Source of the DNA: Candidatus Bathyarchaeota archaeon
GTDB lineage: Archaea > Thermoproteota > Bathyarchaeia > Bathyarchaeales > Bathycorpusculaceae
Reading direction: 5' to 3'
Assembly: GCA_963767735.1 (NCBI GenBank)
Contig: CAVYES010000004.1
Coordinates: forward strand, 288,001 to 352,000
Length of the DNA: 64,000 nt
Shown: positions 1 through 9,470 of the stretch, piece after piece
Layout: each line of letters starts with the position of its first letter
Numbering within the stretch: position 1 is the stretch's first letter
Translations under genes and position numbers: made by a program
The notes under the pieces: generated by a model
What the model was told of the DNA's origin: nothing
Database searches by the model: none
What the model saw: only the letters and a program-made list of their open reading frames with translations

Positions 1-174
1 AGCAGTAAACGCTGGTATGATTCGATACAGTCAGAGCAAACAAGGCGCGTTTACTTAAATCGATTGAGGCACTATTGCACTTGGGCTAAAAAAACTCCAG
101 ATGAATTGATAGGCTTAAAACTGCAAGGATTACAGAACCTAAACGGAGAAAAAGAGTTTCAAGCAGTCAGTTAG
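1..174 (+). pseudogene. Fragment of tyrosine integrase N-terminal (SAM-like) domain, runs off window start
   Basis: Frame 1 reads SSKRWYDSIQSEQTRRVYLNRLRHYCTWAKKTPDELIGLK...*. The T-x-R-x-Y..L..YC.W..KTPDELI pattern resembles archaeal integrase N-domains. It stops before any catalytic domain. Confidence 0.6.
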
Positions 175-176
175 CC

Positions 177-724
177 TTCTATTTCACAAGAGCTGGCGGC
201 ATGACTCCTTTTGACATAGTGGAAATCCTCAAGGACACTGTCACGATTCCAACAGGATTTGCCCTTTTAGCTTATATTTGGATACCTGCTTTGATATTTG
301 GCTACTATATGGTTTATCGTGATCCGCCCAAAACATTCAATGAACTAACCCAGAAAGCAATCGGTATAATGCTTATCTTTTTCCTTACCTATTCATGGCT
401 CTCCGAACCATATGTCAACGTGGTAGTCGCATTTGCTCTTTTAGCTTTGCCATTGACCAAGATGAATTTCCGCAATTTCCACTTTTTATGGGTAATTACA
501 CTATTTTTTATGATCCTCACCACTAATTTTTTTCAACTTTTTTTATCTTGTATCTCCCCCGATCCCTTGTCTCATCAGCAATTCTGATTGAACATAACAT
601 CAGAGACTGGAGACTTATTGCGCGGTTCATAATCGCGGTAGTTTGGCAGGCTTTCGCTTGGATGTTAGCTATCAAAATCCTTTTGGTAAAGAAATTTAAG
701 ACGCAAATTAGCCTTGTAGATTGA
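177..724 (+). pseudogene. C-terminal part of polytopic membrane glycosyltransferase (GT87/DUF2029-like), 5'-truncated and frameshifted
   Basis: FTRAGGMTPF...WLSEPY with several TM helices (ORF 201-587). A further TM segment IEHNIRDWRLIARFIIAVVWQ continues in another frame to 724. Confidence 0.5.
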
Positions 725-1909
725 TTATTTTTTGACTACTTCGAACGTTTTCGGTTTCCTAATAAGGGCAATTATCGGTGTAGTACATTCCAGCAAGCCT
801 ATAACAACTGAAGATATCAGAGCTAAGAAATGGAAACCTATCCTCTTTTTCAAATGAAGATATCTACCATTAAAAAAAGCCCCAATCTGATAAGAAAACA
901 ACCACATAAGACTCGTTAAGGAAAAAAAGACTCTTAGACTAAAAGGCAAGTATTGCGGAACAAAAAATGCAGCAATAGAAATTATTCCCGAAATTAAGCC
1001 TGAAGTCCAAATTAATGCTCTGGCGCTTTGCCTAATTTTCTCTTTATAACAAAAATATTTAAAGTTCTGAATTAAACCGTAAAACCATCTTCTTCGCTGT
1101 CTAAACAGGTCTTTGAGAGTTAATGGACTTTTTTCCTCAACTACTCCGCCGTGCCACCCAAAAGCTTCCGATCCATACTTTATTTTTGCTTTAATGGCAA
1201 AGAGTGTGTCTTCAGCAAAAGTTTTTCCGTTTTCCCAGCTGACTTCTTCCTCAATGTCACTTCTCACCAGAAGATTTGACCCATGGATATAAGCTGGATT
1301 TCCAGTAGACATCATATTCAAGCATTCAAAGCAGCAGAATGGTCTAAGTGTATCCATAAGATTTGTTATTTTAATTGCTTCCTTTTCACGCACCGGATAG
1401 ACGATTAAGCTTTCGCTTATCGGTTTAGGATTACCCTCCAAATACGAAAGTATGCTGCAGAGAGTTTGTTTTGTGATTAAACTTTCATCATCAAGATGAT
1501 AAACATAAACGTCCTTGCTGCTTATTTTTTCTTTTCTGCGAAGTTCAACCGCATATTGGAGTGCTCTGCCTTTATGAACAGCGTTGCAAGAATAATCTTG
1601 GGGAACAATTATGGTTCTGCATCCTTCAAATTTTTCTTGAACGTCGGTAACAGCCCATAGAGTGTATTTTGAGTAGCCGATTGTTTTACAAACAGCGTTT
1701 ATCTGGTTAATGGTATCTTGAACAATTCCAATGTTGCCTTTGGTGGTTACTTGAAAAAGTATTTCTGGTGTTCCAAACTTTTCTTTTACTGGTTTTGCAA
1801 TCAGTTTTGAGTGATGGGTAAAAAGGTAAAAGTAAAATCTTATGAACAAAAAGGAAGACAGAACCCATATAATCCAGAGGTAATCCCAAAACACAAGCTT
1901 TAACTCCAT
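725..1909 (-). CDS. Glycosyltransferase family 2 (egghead/beta-1,4-mannosyltransferase-like)
   Basis: KGRALQY, HLDDES, AEDT and QRRRW motifs; N- and C-terminal TM helices. Confidence 0.88.
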   Translation of the reverse strand: MELKLVFWDYLWIIWVLSSFLFIRFYFYLFTHHSKLIAKPVKEKFGTPEILFQVTTKGNIGIVQDTINQINAVCKTIGYSKYTLWAVTDVQEKFEGCRTIIVPQDYSCNAVHKGRALQYAVELRRKEKISSKDVYVYHLDDESLITKQTLCSILSYLEGNPKPISESLIVYPVREKEAIKITNLMDTLRPFCCFECLNMMSTGNPAYIHGSNLLVRSDIEEEVSWENGKTFAEDTLFAIKAKIKYGSEAFGWHGGVVEEKSPLTLKDLFRQRRRWFYGLIQNFKYFCYKEKIRQSARALIWTSGLISGIISIAAFFVPQYLPFSLRVFFSLTSLMWLFSYQIGAFFNGRYLHLKKRIGFHFLALISSVVIGLLECTTPIIALIRKPKTFEVVKK

Positions 1910-2072
1910 CTGCCAAAATAGTTTTAAATTAGTAAAAGCCTAATTGTTTAACCACTTATGGCGACTACTAATGTTAACGTGATTGTACCTATAAATATTG
2001 AGCAAACAAAACTAACCTGAAACCTGCTTCAACAAACATCAGTTTTTTATAATTTTAAAAAATTATCGGAAG

Positions 2073-2951
2073 GTGGTAAGCGTGCATTCTCTTGTAACTG
2101 ACAAGTTATATTCGAGTAATCTTCAAAACCCTATTACCATCGGCCTTGCCAACGAATTGTCAGTAAGACTCTACACAGACTCACGCCCACATTGCATGGA
2201 GACAGCTCCCCTTCAAAAAGGCTTAGTGCTAATGCTTGGTGATAAAGAGTTGATTGAAGAAGGAATTGGCTTCGGAGTTCCAGTTGTCAAGTACGAAGAC
2301 AAAACCTACTTTTCCACTTCAGCCGACGTTCAAGTTCAAAAAAACAATTCAGTCTACCGCATGAAGAAAACTTTTATTTTGGACACAGTCTCAAAAAAGC
2401 TTTGGCGAAACACGATTATCGATGATGAATTCTACTCAGTTTGGCGGAAAAAATTTGCAAAATTGTACTTAAGACGCAGGGAACTCACCCCGCTTCTAAA
2501 TAAGGTCATGGAGCTAAGAGAGGTTGCGAAAGTTAAAACTGAATTTCTGAAAGTAAAATCCAGAGGTGCAATAACCGTGAATTATGAAGTTCAACCCGCC
2601 ATCATTAATGTCAGTGTTGATTGCTCAGATTTAATGTTAAGCGCTTGTCAGGAAGTTTTGGTTTTAAACGAACAAGGCTCAACCACCTTTGGAGAATACG
2701 CTGACACAGGCGGCTTAAAACTGGTCGGTAGCAAAATAGGCGCATGGGCTGCCGTAACCGCAACTAATGCCTCATTATTAAACCCAAAAAAGCAACTGTT
2801 TTTTACTCTTCCTAAAACCAGCGGGGCTACACTATTTAGAGGATACGAAAAAACAAGAAACCGCTTCTCATGGGCGGGATTAAGTTATTCCTTGCAGCCT
2901 AGTCACGGAACTTTCAATTATCCAATTAGACTAGATTATACAGGCTATTAG
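2073..2951 (+). CDS. Hypothetical protein
   Basis: 292 aa ORF divergent from GT2; no family recognised. Confidence 0.7.
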   Translation: MVSVHSLVTDKLYSSNLQNPITIGLANELSVRLYTDSRPHCMETAPLQKGLVLMLGDKELIEEGIGFGVPVVKYEDKTYFSTSADVQVQKNNSVYRMKKTFILDTVSKKLWRNTIIDDEFYSVWRKKFAKLYLRRRELTPLLNKVMELREVAKVKTEFLKVKSRGAITVNYEVQPAIINVSVDCSDLMLSACQEVLVLNEQGSTTFGEYADTGGLKLVGSKIGAWAAVTATNASLLNPKKQLFFTLPKTSGATLFRGYEKTRNRFSWAGLSYSLQPSHGTFNYPIRLDYTGY

Positions 2952-3213
2952 CGGAAATCTTGGATTTCAGCGGAATTGCTTTCGCTTTTCCCATTCTTTT
3001 GGCAATCATGATTTCGCTTGCTTCAATGCAATCTATGGGGAGTTACTTGAATGTTATCGAATAATCCAGAATTTAAAAGTAAAAATCGAAGCGTCCAGGG
3101 AGGCTCTGAATTGCATTAAAAGTGACAACTGTCAACCCTCATAACGCCTCAGCCCATAATTTTATTAACACCTACGATATTGGAAAGTTTTTTATGCTCT
3201 TTAGGTCTATATA

Positions 3214-4890
3214 TTGAGGGGAGTAAATACGATAGCAAACTCTATCGACCTTACTCAATCAAAGCCCAATAAGCAGATTAATCTATTAACATCTTCTTCA
3301 AAAATCCCTTCTCCCCGAAAAAGAGGTAATGGTGATAACGGCAAGGATTTGCTTGAAGAGTTAGGAATAAGCAGTCAACAGTTCAAAATTTTATTTAATA
3401 ATCTTCCTCAAGGCGTGGGTCTGTATAAAATGGTTTGTGACGAAAAAGGCGCGCCGATTGACTTTATTCTTCTTGTGAGTAACAAAGTGTATGATGATAT
3501 TCATTCTTATAAGAGACAACGAATGGAAAAAAAAGCAACGCAGTTTAATTCCAACATAAAAAATGGCCAGATAGACTGGATAGGCGTTTATGGCAGGGTA
3601 GCCACCACGGGTGTTCCAGAGTATTTCGAAGCTTACGGTAAGTCCCAGGATAAATGGTATCAAGTTTACGTTTACAGTCCCAAGAAGACCTATTTTGTTT
3701 CAATATTTATGGATATAACTGAGGAAAAAAATAAAAATGCGAGAGAGCTTGAGAAACAAGAGAGGTGGGAGCAGCAACTTGTTATGTCGGAAAAAAAGTA
3801 CCGCAGGCTCTATGAGACATCTCAAGACGGAATTATGGCACGGGACCTGCAGGGACGAATGGTTGATTGCAACATGGCCTACGCGAGAATGCTTGGTTAC
3901 TCAAAAAAAGAACTAAGACAGATGACTGCCCATGAGTTAATGCCTGAGAGGTGGCATGAACAAAGAGAAAAAATCGTTAATAAAGTGCTACAAACTGGGC
4001 GCTCAATTGTTTTCGAAAGAGAGTACAAGCGTAATGATGGCTCGGTTTTTCCAGCTTCAGTTAGAACTTGGCGGGTGACTGACGGAAAAGGAAAAGTAAT
4101 AGGAATATGGTCCATTGTCCGAGACATAACTGAGCAGAAGGATTTTCAAAAAAATCTGTTAGATCACGCGGGAATTTTAGAAGGAATAATTGAGGACAGA
4201 ACAAAGCAGCTTAAAGATTCTGAGCGTTTAGCAACTATTGGTCAAACTGCAGGCATGGTCGGGCATGACCTTCGCAATCCACTGCAATCGATAACAGGCG
4301 AATTATATCTTGCCAGATGCGAAGTTGAATCGCTTCCTCAAAGCGGACTTAAAAGCAGTTTACAAGAGAGCATACAGATAATAGAAGAGCAATCAGAATA
4401 TATGGACAAGATCGTTTCCGATTTGCAGGCGTTCGTAAAACCAATCAGGATAGAAAAACAACCAATCAGCCTAATCGAGCTTGTTAACGCCGTCATATCA
4501 TCCGTTGCCATTCCAGAAAACATTAACGTTAACGTATGTATGAGGGCAGATTTTCCGCAGGTGAAAGCTGACCCCCAACTCCTGAGGAGGGTTCTAATTA
4601 ACCTGGTAACAAACGCGATGCAAGCCATGCCCGATGGAGGCAAACTGACTGTAAGCGCGGAAGTTAACAGCCAAGGTCGCGTAGTTTTAACGGTTGAAGA
4701 CACGGGCGTAGGCATATCTGAAAAAATTAAACCCCAAATCTTTACACCATTATTCACTACTAAACCAAGAGGACAAGGCTTCGGCTTAGCCGTCTGCAAA
4801 CGAGTAATAGAAGCCCATGGCGGCTCCATCAACTTTGAGAGCCAAGAGGGCAAAGGTACAAAATTCACAATTCAATTTCCAGCAAGTTAA
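3214..4890 (+). CDS. Cytoplasmic PAS-domain sensor histidine kinase
   Basis: Two PAS domains, H-box GHDLRNPL, N-box NLVTNA, G1 DTGVG, F-box, G2 GQGFGL. Confidence 0.95.
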   Translation: MRGVNTIANSIDLTQSKPNKQINLLTSSSKIPSPRKRGNGDNGKDLLEELGISSQQFKILFNNLPQGVGLYKMVCDEKGAPIDFILLVSNKVYDDIHSYKRQRMEKKATQFNSNIKNGQIDWIGVYGRVATTGVPEYFEAYGKSQDKWYQVYVYSPKKTYFVSIFMDITEEKNKNARELEKQERWEQQLVMSEKKYRRLYETSQDGIMARDLQGRMVDCNMAYARMLGYSKKELRQMTAHELMPERWHEQREKIVNKVLQTGRSIVFEREYKRNDGSVFPASVRTWRVTDGKGKVIGIWSIVRDITEQKDFQKNLLDHAGILEGIIEDRTKQLKDSERLATIGQTAGMVGHDLRNPLQSITGELYLARCEVESLPQSGLKSSLQESIQIIEEQSEYMDKIVSDLQAFVKPIRIEKQPISLIELVNAVISSVAIPENINVNVCMRADFPQVKADPQLLRRVLINLVTNAMQAMPDGGKLTVSAEVNSQGRVVLTVEDTGVGISEKIKPQIFTPLFTTKPRGQGFGLAVCKRVIEAHGGSINFESQEGKGTKFTIQFPAS

Positions 4891-5192
4891 GGTTCAACCA
4901 TTTCCTTCTGCTCTTCCGTGCCCTTCAATCTCTGCCGTAAACTGTATAGAAAAGCTATGAACCAGAATGCAACTGTTCCCCACCCGAAAACAAAACCGAT
5001 CACGTTGCCAAGCAAATAGTAAGCTACTTCAAAGCCAACGATAGATAGGAACGTTAAGAAAGATCCAATGATGCTGTATCCGCGCAGCGCGTTCCTGTTT
5101 TTCAGGACAGCTCTCAGCATTAAGAGTAAGGCGGTAAAATTGATTATGCTTGCGAAATCTAAAAATAAATTTGCTATGGCAATTGAGTCCAT
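4887..5192 (-). CDS. Small 3-TM membrane protein (PQ-loop/SemiSWEET-like topology)
   Basis: 101 aa with three hydrophobic helices; no PQ motif, so the family is tentative. Confidence 0.65.
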   Translation of the reverse strand: MDSIAIANLFLDFASIINFTALLLMLRAVLKNRNALRGYSIIGSFLTFLSIVGFEVAYYLLGNVIGFVFGWGTVAFWFIAFLYSLRQRLKGTEEQKEMVEP

Positions 5193-5335
5193 TTCTCTGC
5201 TTTTTCCTCAAGCCAAAACTGCTTTCAGCAACTTAAGACTTACGCCCAGCCAAGCCCTAAGCCGTAAAATGCCTTAAATCCAATAATCACTATTCATTTG
5301 AAGATCGCGAAATGAGAGGGGTGAATTATAAAAAA

Positions 5336-5470
5336 ATGATTTCACGCGATTGTGATGGATGCGAACGGCAACAGCCATGCATTTTGCGTTACCGCCGAGT
5401 TTCTTTAGGCGAAAAGGTCTTCTGCCCAGATGGAACAGCTCATCTGGTAGACAACGCAAGTATGGCATAA
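5336..5470 (+). CDS. Cys/His-rich microprotein (44 aa), putative zinc finger
   Basis: MISRDCDGCERQQPCILRYRRVSLGEKVFCPDGTAHLVDNASMA; GGGGTGA upstream; below the ORF-track cutoff. Confidence 0.65.
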   Translation: MISRDCDGCERQQPCILRYRRVSLGEKVFCPDGTAHLVDNASMA

Positions 5471-5688
5471 CCGCGCGCAAAGTAAGAAGAGTAGCCTAAG
5501 TATTCTTCACCACTACCTTTTTGACTCCACTTTTTCATTATGCATGTTCCACAGTTTTCATATTTTTGACTTGTTGAAGTGGGCTGAAAATAGCAGAACG
5601 GGACGCTTGAATGTTAATTTTATTAAGTTAAGTGTAAAATGTTTTAAAACTAAATCGAGGCCCATTTTTCAGGCGTTATTCTGCAGTC

Positions 5689-6396
5689 TTAACCCATGGC
5701 CGCGCCACATTGTTTACAAAACGAGGCTTGGGCCTTGTTCTTTGTTCCGCAACAGTTGCAAGTCAACTCTGAAGAAGGCTCAGCGTTAACCGTTTCGTCC
5801 TCAAGTTTTTTACCGCAGCTCTGGCAGTAAACGGCGTCAGGTTCGTTGCTTGAGCCGCAGAACTTGCAGACAAGCGCTATGAGACTTTCGTCGCAAAGAG
5901 CATTCCATTTGCCGGCTATCCAAAGCTTATCCTTCAAGCCTTTGATCGCAGAAATAGTTTCCATCAGTTGTTGGAATTGCTCTTCATCGGGAGCAAATTT
6001 CGATTCACAGTCCTTACTCAATATCACAAACTTCGGCGTTTTTCCCCAAACCAATTTGACCTCTTCAATTTCCTCGTTAGTGTAGAAACAGCTTTTTTTG
6101 CTTAGCTTCAAAATGTCGTCTAAAGACCAGTCTTTTATTTTTTCGTCAATCGATTCGCTTTTCTTTGTCTCTTCCGTGTTCGATGCCATGGGCGGAGGCA
6201 CTCCAAACACCGAAGGCATTAAGGAAAGCGACTCTGACGTCTCAGATTCAAAACGGTCTGCCCGCCCCAAGCAAACAATCGCAACACGCCTGTCAGTAAA
6301 ATAAACATCGTACCTAGTGCTCACGTCAACCGGCAAAACGACGTCTTTAACAATTCCCCACAACCTCTCAGAACCTGACATGCATTTAATCCCCAT
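5689..6396 (-). CDS. Double zinc-ribbon domain protein with PH-like N-terminus
   Basis: C-terminal CKFCG..CQSCG and CNCCG..CKQCG; YFTDRR motif. Confidence 0.85.
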   Translation of the reverse strand: MGIKCMSGSERLWGIVKDVVLPVDVSTRYDVYFTDRRVAIVCLGRADRFESETSESLSLMPSVFGVPPPMASNTEETKKSESIDEKIKDWSLDDILKLSKKSCFYTNEEIEEVKLVWGKTPKFVILSKDCESKFAPDEEQFQQLMETISAIKGLKDKLWIAGKWNALCDESLIALVCKFCGSSNEPDAVYCQSCGKKLEDETVNAEPSSELTCNCCGTKNKAQASFCKQCGAAMG

Positions 6397-6871
6397 CAGA
6401 TGGTTCTGCTTTTGCTAATTCATAAGGTTTCTTATGGTTTAAACCCACGCTTCTGGTTTAAGATAAACTGGTAGATGGGGTGGAAGTTGAACCCTCAACT
6501 ATATAGATATCACCTCAAAGCCCTTTCTTCTATTTTGATTTCCAACCACACCTCAGGGTTGATTGATTTTGGTTTTGCCTAAAACCTTAATTAAATTTCT
6601 TATTGGTCAATTTTGACCAATTTTGGGGGGACCACTTTTTTTTGGAAAAGACTTAGTTTTGGTTGTTTTTGGTCAGTGGCCTTTTTTTCGCGGCTTATTT
6701 GGTCTGTCGATCCTTGAATTTTTGCAGATTTATTATGCAGTTTTTTCATGTTTGATTTGAAGCTAAATCTTCAAAAGGCTCTAAATTTCAAGTAAGAAGA
6801 AGCTCAATTTAATGTTAGAAACGTTCAGGCGCAGTGGAGAAGGGTTAGTGTCATTTGAAGTTGTGAAGAAA

Positions 6872-6942
6872 TCTGACGTGATTTATACGCTTTTTTGCGC
6901 TAATTATACGTGACTTTGCGCATATTTGACGCTTCTGCGCGG
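6872..6942. repeat. Degenerate ~10-11 bp phased tandem repeat (about 7 units, core TWYRCGY)
   Basis: tctgacgtgat ttatacgcttt tttgcgctaat tatacgtgac tttgcgcatat ttgacgctt ctgcgcgg. Confidence 0.5.
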
Positions 6943-7298
6943 TTAGCCAAAAGCCCGAGTGATTTTGACCTTAAGGGAAAAAACATTCTTAGGGCAGTTG
7001 CTTTCCACATTTTTTCAGAACGTCTCAGCTCTTATTCTTGGTTCCGCAATTAGCGAAGATTTCCGTAAGTTGAGTCTCTTCAAGCCTAAATTCAAAGCTG
7101 TTTGAAATTCTGAGTTTGACTTCTTGGATTGCCCAGCAAGCGCGTTTATACAAGCGTGTACACAAGAACTTGCGCAATGGGCAATTGCATAATCGCTGCA
7201 ACAGGCCAAATAGACCATGCAAGAATACTATCAGACGACCCACATTTCGACTGCATAAAAGAAACAAAACGAGTCTGGATTTAACAATTAACAAAAAA

Positions 7299-7323
7299 TG
7301 GTGGACGAGCCGGGATTTAAACC
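7299..7323 (-). other. tRNA 3'-end remnant (Ala-like), possible att site
   Basis: Minus strand GGTTTAAATCCCGGCTCGTCCACCA followed by a T-run; no matching 5' half. Confidence 0.6.
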
Positions 7324-7405
7324 ACGCTTTGAAATTTCGATTGACTTTTCAACTCTCGCGATGCATAATGCTTAAATTGTTTTTGTTCGTGCTATGTGTG
7401 GCTGA

Positions 7406-7510
7406 GGGCTGGTAGATCAGTCTGGCATGATCGCCACGTTGGCATCGTGGAGGTCGCGGGAAGCATGGCAATTTCGGCTGTGCTCGCGAATTCAAATCCC
7501 GCCCAGTCCA
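7406..7510 (+). tRNA. tRNA-Ala(GGC) with 30-nt non-canonical intron at position 53/54 (7461-7490)
   Basis: Acceptor GGGCTGG/CCAGTCC with G3:U70; anticodon arm CCACG-TTGGCAT-CGTGG. The T-arm GCGGG-TTCAAAT-CCCGC is restored by removing 7461-7490. BHB-like CGCG/CGCG helix with GG|A and AA|T bulges. Confidence 0.93.
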
Positions 7511-8271
7511 TTCTGGAGCGGAAGGGGAGATCCCTTCCCAGCCCATCCTCCTAACTTTGCGCTGTGCTTTATTGAAGAGAAACCATGTTTTTTGCATGCA
7601 TTATGGAACTCTGCTTTTCTCAAATAGACGTGAAAAACGTCATAACTGTATTTTTTCGAATGTATATCCATAAGAGAAGAAATCCTCATGATGTTTTCCG
7701 CTAACATTGGCGAAGAAGTCGAAATGTACAATTTTTTGGTTCCACCTTCGGCATCTATGATTCCGCAGAGAAACCCAAACAAGAAATCGTCAGAATAAGA
7801 ACTGAAGTCAGCTAGGTGAACGGATTTGGATTTTCTGGTGCCTTGCCACCTGAGATATTTCTCAACAAAATAATAGAATTTCTTGTTTTTGCATCTAACG
7901 TAAACCCGTTTGCCCTCGATGGATCTCCATGTTTTTAATCCGCATTTAGAAAGGAAGAATTCGACACGTTCCACTATCATGTATTCGTTTTCGTTTAGTG
8001 CAAACTTGATGCTGTAAGAATAGTCTTGTTTCCTTAGATGGCGGCTGCCGTCACCGGCGTAACAGCCGATAAGCCAACCGAGCTCCAAATCAACCAATTT
8101 TTCTATATTCATTGTTTTTTCCCTTGGGTTCTTTGCTCTTACTTTGGCGACATGATATTGAACGGCAGACTTGGAGCGTCCCGTCTGGGCACTTATCTCA
8201 TTTAGACTTGCCCCTTTCTCTACAAGCGTTTTAATGTGGTCAAGTTCGGTGGGGGAGAAACGTTTCATCAA
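7492..8271 (-). CDS. Free-standing double-motif LAGLIDADG endonuclease-family protein with N-terminal HTH
   Basis: WLIGCYAGDGS and FLCGIIDAEGG motifs; HTH GASLNEISAQTGRSKSAVQYHV; no intein splice motifs. Confidence 0.85.
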   Translation of the reverse strand: MMKRFSPTELDHIKTLVEKGASLNEISAQTGRSKSAVQYHVAKVRAKNPREKTMNIEKLVDLELGWLIGCYAGDGSRHLRKQDYSYSIKFALNENEYMIVERVEFFLSKCGLKTWRSIEGKRVYVRCKNKKFYYFVEKYLRWQGTRKSKSVHLADFSSYSDDFLFGFLCGIIDAEGGTKKLYISTSSPMLAENIMRISSLMDIHSKKYSYDVFHVYLRKAEFHNACKKHGFSSIKHSAKLGGWAGKGSPLPLQNGLGGI

Positions 8272-8411
8272 AGGTCAATGTTAGTATATTTGGGGTTCAT
8301 TTAAAAAAACTATGACAAATAACGCATAACGCTAACTAAGCCTTGAAAAATGTCGGCGTAGCTTTTTATAATGCATTCGCAAATAGAGAAGCCAAGCAAG
8401 GTGCAAATAGC

Positions 8412-9464
8412 ATGCCTAAAGTAAAAGTTGCATTGATCGGTGTTGGAAACTGCGCTTCAGCCTTTGTCCAAGGCTTGCAATATTATGGGAAACTTGTGAA
8501 AGCGGAAGATTACGTTGGATTGCGTAATCCAGTTTTGGCGAATTTAAGCCCGAAAGACATATCGGTAGTTGCGGCTTTTGACGTGGATGAGCGCAAGGTT
8601 GGCAAAGACCTCTCAGAAGCGATTTTTGCTCTTCCCAATAATGCGCCAAAAGTCTCCGATGTACATTCAACAGGTGTAAAGGTAAGCAAGGGTCCACTGT
8701 TGGATGGTTTGGGCGAATCAAGTAAAGTTATTGTGCAAGTCAGCAAGTCGCCTGATGCGAATGTTGCCAAGGCTCTCAAAGATGTAGGCGTTGAGGTAAT
8801 GGTTAATTTGTTGCCCAGCGGAGCCTCAAAAGCTTCGCAGTGGTATGCTGAACAAGCCTTAGCGGCAGGCTGCGCTTTTGTCAATGCCACGCCGACCTTT
8901 ATTGCCAGCGATCCTGTGTGGGCTAAACGGTTTGCTGATGCAAAGCTCCCCCTCGTCGGCGATGACTTGGTTGATCAGGTTGGGTCAACTTCTTTACATA
9001 AAACGTTGCTTAAGCTGCTTTCAGACAGTGGAGTAAGAATAGATGAGACTTACCAGCTTGACGTTGGCGGAGGCACCGAATCTGTCGACACAATGGATCG
9101 CACTCGTGATGCAAAGCGTGCCATAAAAACGGAGTCAGTAGCTGCTTCAATACCTTACAAGGCTGAGATAGTGGCTGGCTCCACGGATTACGTGGATTTT
9201 CTGCAGAACAAGCGTGACAGTTACTTCTGGATAAGCGGCGTCTACTTCTGCAATGCACCCATGAAGATAGACCTTAAATTCCAAACCGTAGACGCGCCAA
9301 ACGCAGGCTCCGTACTCTTCGATGTAGTACGTGCCTTGAAACTTGCATTAAACAAAAAGCTTACTGGAGCGGTGGAGCCGGTTTGCGCCTACGCCTTTAA
9401 ACGACCGCCACAGATGGTGCCGCTTGAGGTTGCAGAAAAAGAATTCGCAAAGTTCATGGCTTAA
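8412..9464 (+). CDS. ino1: myo-inositol-1-phosphate synthase
   Basis: KVALIGVGNCASAFVQG, AAFDVD, FVNATP, GDD, DAPNAG motifs; ATG 8412 is the likely start. Confidence 0.9.
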   Translation: MPKVKVALIGVGNCASAFVQGLQYYGKLVKAEDYVGLRNPVLANLSPKDISVVAAFDVDERKVGKDLSEAIFALPNNAPKVSDVHSTGVKVSKGPLLDGLGESSKVIVQVSKSPDANVAKALKDVGVEVMVNLLPSGASKASQWYAEQALAAGCAFVNATPTFIASDPVWAKRFADAKLPLVGDDLVDQVGSTSLHKTLLKLLSDSGVRIDETYQLDVGGGTESVDTMDRTRDAKRAIKTESVAASIPYKAEIVAGSTDYVDFLQNKRDSYFWISGVYFCNAPMKIDLKFQTVDAPNAGSVLFDVVRALKLALNKKLTGAVEPVCAYAFKRPPQMVPLEVAEKEFAKFMA

Positions 9465-9470
9465 CGTAAG

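Noticed and set aside
6400-7020. Replication origin
   Set aside because: No convincing ORB elements and no cdc6/orc1 nearby; kept only as a low-interest finding.
7015-7627. Short ORFs around tRNA-Ala (7015-7218, 7025-7294, 7116-7415, 7349-7597, 7427-7627)
   Set aside because: They overlap each other or the tRNA and show no recognisable motif.
7492-8271. Intein or intron-encoded endonuclease
   Set aside because: No N-terminal Cys/Ser or C-terminal His-Asn, and no host gene. The ORF is outside and antisense to the 30-nt intron.
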